Origin: an uncultured Anaerolineaceae bacterium | GTDB taxonomy: Bacteria; Chloroflexota; Anaerolineae; Anaerolineales; Anaerolineaceae | Assembly: GCA_964490575.1 (NCBI GenBank) | Contig: CAZBDC010000002.1 | Location: forward strand, 20,698-84,697 | Reading direction: 5' to 3' | DNA: 64,000 nt | In this document: one piece after another, positions 28,316 through 35,893 of the stretch | How positions within the stretch are numbered: position 1 is the stretch's first letter | Layout: each line of letters opens with the position of its first letter | Made by a program: the position numbers and the translations under genes | Notes under the pieces: generated by a model | What the model saw: the letters and a program-made list of their open reading frames with translations, nothing else | Told to the model about the DNA's origin: nothing | Database searches by the model: none

Positions 28316-29242
28316 TTATGTTTTACTCGAGTTGTTGGGGGCCGGGACAATAAAAGGCAGTTGATCGCGCCAGCCAATCTCGATCCGCGAGAGATACCAG
28401 GTTTTCCCGTTGTCGCAATTGCCCTGGAAGAAGAGGTGGTCGCGCCCGTCCGGGGCATGGAAGAAAAATGGATGGCCGGATTCGCTGGCATTCCACTCAC
28501 CCGGCGCGCCGTTCGGTAGAAAAGGCTGGTCGGAGAGGCGCGTCCAGCTCACGCCATCCGGGCTGGAGGCCACGCCGATTTGCTGGGGGCAGTTATTATA
28601 GGCGCCCCCATAAAACATGAACAGGCGGTCGCCGTGCCGGGCGAGGGCGGGGGCCTCGATGCACTCCATTTCCCAGGGAAGCTCCGGTTTCAGGATCGGC
28701 GCAGTACAGCGCTGCGTCCAGGCGGCGCGGCCGAAACCAGAATGGAGCGGTGCGGAAGCCACGCCGAGCATCTGGATTCTCATCTCTGGGTCGCGGGTGG
28801 CAAAATAGAGCCACAGGTCCGCTCCGCGAACGATGACATCGGCGTCGATGGCGCGCCCGCAGTTCCACGCGCCGGTGGGCGAGAAGATCGGGTTGCTGGG
28901 GTCGCGCCGGAAAGCCAGCCCATCGCCGGAACTGGCATGGCAGATCGCGTCTCGCCGGCCATTCCCATACGTCTGATAGAAAAGATGGATTTGCCCATCG
29001 AGCACGATTGCGCCAGGCGCGCACAGGCCGTTTTTCTCGTATTCGGCCGTGGGGAGAATTTCGCCCACCACATTCCACGTGTCCAGGTCACGGCTGGTGG
29101 CGATCCCGATCGTCCAGCCATCGCCTGCCCGGCCATCCCCGAACGACGGCCTGGAATAATACAACCAGTACTGGCCCTGAAACCAGACCACTGCAGGATC
29201 TTTTGAAAACGGTCGACCGCGCGAAGTATCTGCAAAAAGCAT
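28316..29242 (-). CDS. Five-bladed beta-propeller glycoside hydrolase (GH32/GH43-like; family uncertain)
   Basis: Carries DPAVVWFQGQYWLYYS, an RDP-like motif (ATRDPEM) and an EC-like motif (MECIEAP). A GAGGA RBS is present. The family assignment is from motif resemblance only. Confidence 0.5.
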   Translation of the reverse strand: MLFADTSRGRPFSKDPAVVWFQGQYWLYYSRPSFGDGRAGDGWTIGIATSRDLDTWNVVGEILPTAEYEKNGLCAPGAIVLDGQIHLFYQTYGNGRRDAICHASSGDGLAFRRDPSNPIFSPTGAWNCGRAIDADVIVRGADLWLYFATRDPEMRIQMLGVASAPLHSGFGRAAWTQRCTAPILKPELPWEMECIEAPALARHGDRLFMFYGGAYNNCPQQIGVASSPDGVSWTRLSDQPFLPNGAPGEWNASESGHPFFFHAPDGRDHLFFQGNCDNGKTWYLSRIEIGWRDQLPFIVPAPNNSSKT

Positions 29243-29316
29243 GAAGGAATCCTCTCTATTTTTATTTCATTCTACCCGAATAATAATTTTTGAATGTGCC
29301 GGATGACTAACTCCCC

Positions 29317-29345
29317 ATGACATGGGATAGAAAAACCTGTAGAAT
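29317..29345 (+). promoter_or_regulatory. Putative sigma70-type promoter ATGACA-17-TAGAAT upstream of the GT39 gene
   Basis: Each hexamer matches consensus at 5/6 positions and the spacer is 17 nt. It lies about 140 nt upstream of the ATG at 29486. Confidence 0.3.
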
Positions 29346-29485
29346 ATCGATTGCTGGCAAATTTTCAAGGATATTCATCGACAACGTAGCTCTGTCCCAG
29401 GTTAGCCTGTTCTGGCAGAGGATGATCGAACCTGGGAATTCGCCTGCCAGCCGCGAATCGATGAATTGCTGAACCGAGAACGATA

Positions 29486-31174
29486 ATGAACGAACAAACT
29501 GATTTTGAAGAGTTAGCGCCGTGGTTGCTAATCCCCATTGCATTGGTCGGGGGTTCTCTGCGAGTGCTTTATCTAGGCATGAAGGGAATGTGGCTGGATG
29601 AGACCTTCAGTGTATGGATGGCTGGCCACAGCCCTATGGATATGCTGCAATGGATCGTCAGAATCGACCAACACCCTCCTCTTTATTATCTGCTGCTCCA
29701 TTCCTGGATCGCCCACAGCGGGGATGCGCCCTATTACGTCCGTTTGTTTTCTGTGCTTTTCGGCGTAGGCTCAATCCCGATAATTTATCTGATCGGCAAA
29801 CGCATGTCCGGCGCGGTGATGGGGTTGGCGGCAGCCGTGTTCCTGGCTCTTTCGCTTTTCAACATCCACTTTGCCCAGGAAACGCGAATGTACACCCTCC
29901 TGACATTCAATGCCGGCGTATCAATTTATGCCCTGGTCAGGCTGCTAACGGATTCACGCTCTGTCAGGCCCATCGGCAGCCAATTTCGAGAATATTTGCA
30001 TGCCTGGTGTACCTCTGGACCGTTTGAACCGGACACCAAAGAATTCAGCTATAAAGATGAAACCTATTATCGGTCCGGGTGGAGGGCATGGATTTTCCGC
30101 CATCGTTGGTTACCGATCCGAGCTATTGAGACAGACCTGGCGTGGGTGGCATTTATCGTGTTCTCAGCAGCCACCTTGCTCACCCATAATACGGCTGTCC
30201 TTTTCCCTTTGGCTACCAACGTTTTTGTCTTCGGCTTGATGCTTTTCCAAAAGATCAAGAAAGCGGGACCCCCGTCCGGCTTCCAGCCCCCTTCTTTTGC
30301 GAACTGGGTGAGGGCCCAGATCGGCATCTTCCTGCTGTGGAGTCTATGGCTGGTTCCCTTTATCAAGCAATCCACCACAGTCTATCAGAGGTTTTGGATT
30401 CCTGAACCGACCTGGGAGGCTGTGATTGAGGTACTTAAGTCCTTCTTATATCCATCTGCGCAAATTCCAGCCAGCCAGACCATGGTGACCTGGATTTTTT
30501 CCTTTTACGGGCTGGTGCTTTGTTTGGGGGTGTTGTATTTTCGGAAAAAGTTTTCTCAATTCGTATTTCTGACTGTCCTGTTTGCCATTCCTTTCCTGAG
30601 CGAACTGATCGTAAGCATCCGCAGGCCTATTTTTTTCGACCGGACCTTGATCTGGACGACGATACCCCTGTACCTGGTATTGGCAGCTGGCATCGCTCAG
30701 TTAAAATTTCGTCCCCTGATGATCCTGGTATTGGGAATTTTGAGTACGCTCAACCTGTTTTCTGCCGGCGATTATTACCGGTATTATCGAAAAGAGGATT
30801 GGAGCACCGCGGCCGGTTTTGTCGGGTATTATGCTGAAGAGGGTGATCTGGTTCTTTTCAACTCCAACGTTACAGTAATCCCGTTTAACTACTATTTCAA
30901 GCCCTATGAAGAAAAGTGGCGTGTCCAGGTAGAAAAACAGGGGTTCCCCCAAGATCTGTTCGCGAATGGTATCCTTGAGCCCGAGATGACTGCGAATGAT
31001 ATACCCCGGTTAATTACATTACTGCGCGAACATAATCGAGTCTGGCTGGTTTACAGCCATAATACGTATACGGATCCGATGGGCCTGATCCCGGAAACCC
31101 TTGCAGCGCAGAAGAAATTAATCCGTGCGCGCGATTTTTATGGAGGGAAGGTTCTATTGTATGAAACGCCCTGA
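29486..31174 (+). CDS. Glycosyltransferase family 39 (ArnT/PMT-like, lipid-carrier-dependent membrane glycosyltransferase)
   Basis: 562 aa and polytopic. The first-loop acidic motif WLDETFSVWMA and HPPLYYLLLHSW match the ArnT-like family. G+C is lower than in the flanking genes. Confidence 0.8.
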   Translation: MNEQTDFEELAPWLLIPIALVGGSLRVLYLGMKGMWLDETFSVWMAGHSPMDMLQWIVRIDQHPPLYYLLLHSWIAHSGDAPYYVRLFSVLFGVGSIPIIYLIGKRMSGAVMGLAAAVFLALSLFNIHFAQETRMYTLLTFNAGVSIYALVRLLTDSRSVRPIGSQFREYLHAWCTSGPFEPDTKEFSYKDETYYRSGWRAWIFRHRWLPIRAIETDLAWVAFIVFSAATLLTHNTAVLFPLATNVFVFGLMLFQKIKKAGPPSGFQPPSFANWVRAQIGIFLLWSLWLVPFIKQSTTVYQRFWIPEPTWEAVIEVLKSFLYPSAQIPASQTMVTWIFSFYGLVLCLGVLYFRKKFSQFVFLTVLFAIPFLSELIVSIRRPIFFDRTLIWTTIPLYLVLAAGIAQLKFRPLMILVLGILSTLNLFSAGDYYRYYRKEDWSTAAGFVGYYAEEGDLVLFNSNVTVIPFNYYFKPYEEKWRVQVEKQGFPQDLFANGILEPEMTANDIPRLITLLREHNRVWLVYSHNTYTDPMGLIPETLAAQKKLIRARDFYGGKVLLYETP

Positions 31175-31268
31175 GACAAATTTCTACAGAATATAGGTCT
31201 CAGGCAATGACCCGGCCGCAGTATATTGTGCGTGTATCCGCCGAAACAGGTTGCATTCAGGAGGTCCC

Positions 31269-33299
31269 ATGTTTGCTTTCCCCCACACTCGTTACAGCCC
31301 GATTTCCCTTTCACAGATCCGGCCGGCAGGCTGGGTTTTCGAGTTCCTGCAGCGCCAGTGCGCCGGCATTACCGGGCATCCGCAGGCCAGCGGCTATCCA
31401 CTCGAAAAAACGTTCTGGGGAAACCCGGCCCAATCGCTCGATATCCTAGATCCCAATATGGCCTGGTGGCCGTACGAACAGACCGCCTACTGGGTCGATG
31501 GGGCGCTCAAGGCCGGTTTCCTGACCGGGAATGAGGCAGTGTATGCCATGGCGCGCTCGGTGATCGACCGGGCGATCGAACAGGCTGCCCCGGATGGCTT
31601 CATTGGACCGGACATGTTTCGCGCGCAGAACCGCTGGCCGTATACGATTTTCTTCCGCGCCGTGCTGGCCCAATATGCCATCTCCGGCGAGCGGCGTTAC
31701 CTGGACGCGCTGGTGCGCCATTATCACAGCACGCCTCATCCCATGAACTTCGGCCGCGATGTGGCCGGCGCCGAAATCCTTCTGCTCCTTTACGGCGAAA
31801 CCGGCCAGGCCGGCCTGCTGGCGGAGGCCCAGGATTTGTATGCGCGTTTCAACCGCCAGGCCGGCGAGTTCGACTTCGATTGCTCCTTAGCCGGGATGAG
31901 CTCGGAGAAACCGGTTGCCATGCACGGGGTCACCTTTAATGAACTGGCCAAGCTGGGCGCGCTTTTTTATGCGGCCACCGGCGACCAGGACAGCCTGGCG
32001 GCTACCCTGCACGCCTATGCCAAGGTGGTGCGCGACCACATCCTGGCTGATGGGCTGCACTCCGGCGCCGAAGCGATGAGCGGGCAGGCCCCGCTGGATT
32101 CGCACGAGACCTGTAACATCACCGATTACACCTGGTCGATGGGCCACCTGCTGCAGATCACCGGGGAGGCCCGCTTTGGCGACCAGATCGAGCGGGTCAT
32201 CTTTAATGCCTTGCCCGGGGTGATCACCAAGGATTTCAAAGCCCTGCAGTATTTTTCCTGTCCTAACCAACTGGTTGCAACCCGCACAAGCAATCACAAT
32301 TGGATGTCCCGCGGTGATAACCGCATGTCCTTTCGCCCGGGCCATCCGGTGCAGTGCTGCACGGGCAACATTCAGCGTGCCATGCCGAATTTTGTGGAGC
32401 GGATGTGGATGCGCGGGCAGGGAGACCAGGATAGCGAGATCGTCGCTGCGCTGTTCGGGCCGGGCCAACTGGAGGATCAGGTGGCGGGCACGCCGGTCGT
32501 GATCCAGGCCGACACGCGCTACCCGTTCGAGCAAGCAGTCCGTTTTACCCTGCTCCCCGAGCACCCTGTGCGATTTATCTTCACCGTACGCATCCCGGCT
32601 TGGTGCCGCCGGCCGGCGATTCTCATTAATGGCCAGCCCCTGGCGCAAACTCTCATGCCGGGCAGTTTTCAGCGCATCGAGCGCGTATGGCATCCCGGCG
32701 ACCAGGTGGTCCTGTCGCTGCCCTTTGAACTGGCGCTCAAACGCTGGCCGCAGGGTGGGATCAGCCTGGAATTCGGGCCGCTGACGCTCAGTCTACCAGT
32801 GGCTGCTCCGCTCGAGATCGAAACGAGCGATGATTGGGAGAAAACCCCGAAGGAATTCCGCCTCTCTGGACCCCGGCAGTCCTTGCCTGATTTCCCAAGC
32901 TATCACCTCGAACCCGCCGCCGAATGGGCCTACGCCCTGGCGGTGGCCGAAGAGTCCCTGGCGCGGCAGGCTGTAGTGACCTGGAACGACCCGCACGGGT
33001 TCCCCTTCGATCTGGATCAACCGGCGCTGTGCGTGCGCGTTCCCGCCCGGCGGGTAAAGGGCTGGACCTTGTTGGAAACCGGCCAGGTAATCCGCGCCCT
33101 GCCCTCGTTTGAGGACGGAAAGTTCAGCATGGTCGAGCGCCCGGTAGAGGGGCACTTTACGCTCACCCCGCCACTGCCCGACCCAGAGAGCCTGCCCGAA
33201 TCCCTCTCGGATGAAATTGAATGGATCGACCTTGTGCCCTATGGGAATACTCTTTTGCGCCTGACAGTTTTTCCGGATGGGGCAAAATTCAGGGGCTAA
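31269..33299 (+). CDS. Glycoside hydrolase family 127 (beta-L-arabinofuranosidase-like, DUF1680)
   Basis: HETCNITDYTWSMGHLL and PVQCCTGNIQRAMPNF are Cys-rich blocks typical of GH127. An AGGAGG RBS precedes the ATG at 31269. The listed start is 31251. Confidence 0.8.
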   Translation: MFAFPHTRYSPISLSQIRPAGWVFEFLQRQCAGITGHPQASGYPLEKTFWGNPAQSLDILDPNMAWWPYEQTAYWVDGALKAGFLTGNEAVYAMARSVIDRAIEQAAPDGFIGPDMFRAQNRWPYTIFFRAVLAQYAISGERRYLDALVRHYHSTPHPMNFGRDVAGAEILLLLYGETGQAGLLAEAQDLYARFNRQAGEFDFDCSLAGMSSEKPVAMHGVTFNELAKLGALFYAATGDQDSLAATLHAYAKVVRDHILADGLHSGAEAMSGQAPLDSHETCNITDYTWSMGHLLQITGEARFGDQIERVIFNALPGVITKDFKALQYFSCPNQLVATRTSNHNWMSRGDNRMSFRPGHPVQCCTGNIQRAMPNFVERMWMRGQGDQDSEIVAALFGPGQLEDQVAGTPVVIQADTRYPFEQAVRFTLLPEHPVRFIFTVRIPAWCRRPAILINGQPLAQTLMPGSFQRIERVWHPGDQVVLSLPFELALKRWPQGGISLEFGPLTLSLPVAAPLEIETSDDWEKTPKEFRLSGPRQSLPDFPSYHLEPAAEWAYALAVAEESLARQAVVTWNDPHGFPFDLDQPALCVRVPARRVKGWTLLETGQVIRALPSFEDGKFSMVERPVEGHFTLTPPLPDPESLPESLSDEIEWIDLVPYGNTLLRLTVFPDGAKFRG

Positions 33300-33540
33300 A
33301 CTGCCTGGGCGGCGCAACCCAGCCCGCAAGCCCATGTGCATGATGGATGTGTGTTTTTCGGATCCTGGAGTAGAATAAGTCCTTTCCTTGTCTGATTGCC
33401 AGGAAATTAATCATTGTCAGGAAAGGCTTTATGCTTCAAGATTGGTTGCGATCTTGCAGATTTTTGTTGTGCAAAAGACTCGGGTAAACGAGGCAGAAAA
33501 GACTGTCCAATGATCTCTTTGCTTTAATCGGGAAAATTTT

Positions 33541-34473
33541 ATGGAGACACACCTCTTGAAAAAACGCGCCGTCCTTTACGTCGCTATTCTGTATGGCTTT
33601 CTTCTCCTCATCTGGCTGGTGGCAGCGATTATCCCCGAACCCTACAACCAGGCAGCCTACACCGTATTGTGGGGTTCGTTCAGCCTCTTGCCTGTAATCG
33701 CCACCTTCCTGGCGCGCGCCATCACCAGGGACCACTCGCCCTGGTATCTCAGGCTCAACTTTCGCCAGGACTGGAAGATTTACCTGTTCGCCGGGTTCCT
33801 GCCGGGTGTGGCCATCTTTTTCGGCGCATGGCTTTACTTCCTGATTTTCCCACAGGACCTCGACCTGACCGCTCGCAACCTGGTGGCGCAGTATGGCCAA
33901 TACGGCGCGCCTGAAACCCTGCTGCTGACGCCTCAAGCCGTCTTCCTGGTCGGGACTGCTTTTATTTTCATCTCGCCGTTTGTCCTGCCTGTGCACTTCT
34001 TTGCGCTCGGCGAGGAAATTGGCTGGCGCGGCTACCTGCTGCCCCTCTTGTTGAAACTGACCACTCCGCGTAAAGCCACTCTGCTGCACGGCCTTTTGTG
34101 GGGGCTGGCGCACGCCCCGCTCATTGCCCTGGGGTTCAATTATGGCTCCAACTACTGGGGGGCGCCCTGGAGCGGCATCCTGATGATGACCCTGGTGTGT
34201 ATTGTTTTGGGGATCTGGCTGGCGTATGTCACCATTCAATCGCAGAGCATCCTCCCGGCAGTCATTTTCCACGGCGCGGGCAATGTAATTGGGGAATTGC
34301 CCGCGCTGGTCTCATTTTTTAGCCGGAGCCCACTGCTTGGGCCGAACCCTACAGGTCTGGTGGGGATGAACGGATTGATCATCGGAGCGGTTATATTGCT
34401 CGGCAGGCTGCCAGGTACGCTAAAGATCGTCTCAAAGCAAAAACCAATAAAGCCAATGCAGAAGGGTGTATGA
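33541..34473 (+). CDS. CPBP family intramembrane endopeptidase (paralog 1 of the tandem trio)
   Basis: GEEIGWRGYLLP, LLWGLAHAPL and FHGAGNVIG are all present. Confidence 0.85.
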   Translation: METHLLKKRAVLYVAILYGFLLLIWLVAAIIPEPYNQAAYTVLWGSFSLLPVIATFLARAITRDHSPWYLRLNFRQDWKIYLFAGFLPGVAIFFGAWLYFLIFPQDLDLTARNLVAQYGQYGAPETLLLTPQAVFLVGTAFIFISPFVLPVHFFALGEEIGWRGYLLPLLLKLTTPRKATLLHGLLWGLAHAPLIALGFNYGSNYWGAPWSGILMMTLVCIVLGIWLAYVTIQSQSILPAVIFHGAGNVIGELPALVSFFSRSPLLGPNPTGLVGMNGLIIGAVILLGRLPGTLKIVSKQKPIKPMQKGV

Positions 34474-35108
34474 ACATGAATAAAAGACACATTTTGCTCG
34501 AAACTACACTCGTTATTGCCGTGACTCTTCTGGGGATGTGGTTTGTTCCTGCCGCCAAAACATTGTTTGCCCTGTTCCCGGTGGTCTACCTGCTGGTAGA
34601 GCGCCGCCTGCGGCACCGCCCATGGGGTGAACTCGGCTTCAAATTTCGCTCCTTTGGGGCAGATTTGCGTGCCAACTGGCTGTTGTTTGTTCTGGCGGCG
34701 TTCCTTATCCAGCCGTTAACGGTGCTCTGGGCAAAAGCATACTTTCCGGAATATCTGGCGCATGTCCAGGCGCGATTGCCTTTCGAGAGCAGTACTGGCT
34801 GGGGAGCGCTGCTACCCTTGTTGGTGTTTTCACTGATTGGCGAGGAAATGACTTACCGGACGTTAATTCAAGGGCGGCTCACTCCATTCATTGGCGCGCC
34901 GGCGGCGGTGGGGGTAGCATCGCTCCTGTTTGGGCTGGCGCACTTTGCCCCGGGTCCAGGGCTCGTTGTTCTAACAGACCTTAGCCTGATTATCCTTGAT
35001 TCCATTCTGTATGGCGTCATGTTCGCTCGCCGCAATAATCTGTGGGTGGTCTGGCTGGCGCATCTGTTGGGTGATATCGTGGGTCTGTTGGCTTTGGCTT
35101 CGATGTGA
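34470..35108 (+). CDS. CPBP family intramembrane endopeptidase (paralog 2)
   Basis: GEEMTYRTLIQG, LLFGLAHFAP and AHLLGDIVG are all present. Its start overlaps the previous gene's stop as ATGA. Confidence 0.85.
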   Translation: MNMNKRHILLETTLVIAVTLLGMWFVPAAKTLFALFPVVYLLVERRLRHRPWGELGFKFRSFGADLRANWLLFVLAAFLIQPLTVLWAKAYFPEYLAHVQARLPFESSTGWGALLPLLVFSLIGEEMTYRTLIQGRLTPFIGAPAAVGVASLLFGLAHFAPGPGLVVLTDLSLIILDSILYGVMFARRNNLWVVWLAHLLGDIVGLLALASM

Positions 35109-35843
35109 GTGAAAATGAAGACTGAGAATCCTCCGCAACACAATTTGGGTGTGACAATTGCCTATCATCTCCTGCCAGGTATGGCGATCGTGATTGGTTT
35201 CGTCCTCATCGCACCTTTTGTGAGGCGCATGGGGCTCCCTTCCGCTATCGGTATTTCGCTGGCGGTGTTGTTGGTATTGGTTCCGCTGGAGTCAGGTATC
35301 TTGCTCTGGCAGGGGAAGAAGCGCAATGGTCGTTTCTCGCTGGAAGGAATTGTCCTCAACCGCGAGAAAACGCCGCGAGGCGCATTTGTTCTATGGACGC
35401 TGGCGGCGCTTTTTGGGGCGGTGTTGTGTTTTGCTTTGTTCAGCGCGCTGGATAAAGCCCTGCTGCCCCTGTTTGCCTGGCTGCCAGACTGGTTTTTTAT
35501 CAACGAGGACTTGAGCATTTACAGTAAAAACATTCAGTTCATAAACTGGCTGGCGATTTTCCTGTTTACTGGCTTGCTTGGCCCTTACGTGGAGGAGCTA
35601 TATTTCCGTGGCTTCCTGCTCCCGCGCCTGGCCTGGATGAAAGGCTGGGCGCCAGTTGCCGAGGCCTTTCTCTTTGCTCTTTACCACTTCTGGTCGCCCT
35701 GGCAACTGGTCACCCGTTTCCTGGCGGTCCTGCCGCTGGTCTACATCGTCAACCGCAAGCGGGATTTGCGCATCGGCGTGGTATCGCATTGGCTTTTGAA
35801 TACACTGGGTAGCCTTGAGCTGCTGTTGGCTGTTTTTAGGTAA
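35109..35843 (+). CDS. CPBP family intramembrane endopeptidase (paralog 3)
   Basis: VEELYFRGFLLPRL, FALYHFWSPW and SHWLLNTLG are all present. It starts immediately after the previous stop, at GTG 35109 or ATG 35115. Confidence 0.85.
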   Translation: MKMKTENPPQHNLGVTIAYHLLPGMAIVIGFVLIAPFVRRMGLPSAIGISLAVLLVLVPLESGILLWQGKKRNGRFSLEGIVLNREKTPRGAFVLWTLAALFGAVLCFALFSALDKALLPLFAWLPDWFFINEDLSIYSKNIQFINWLAIFLFTGLLGPYVEELYFRGFLLPRLAWMKGWAPVAEAFLFALYHFWSPWQLVTRFLAVLPLVYIVNRKRDLRIGVVSHWLLNTLGSLELLLAVFR

Positions 35844-35880
35844 AGTAGTGGCAACGAGCCTGCCTGGCGCACCCTTCTAG

Positions 35881-35893
35881 TACAATCAGCTCT
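35881..35893 (+). promoter_or_regulatory. -10-like TACAAT 7 nt upstream of the kinase ATG (putative leaderless promoter)
   Basis: The sequence reads ctagTACAATcagctctATG. There is no Shine-Dalgarno sequence. Confidence 0.45.
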
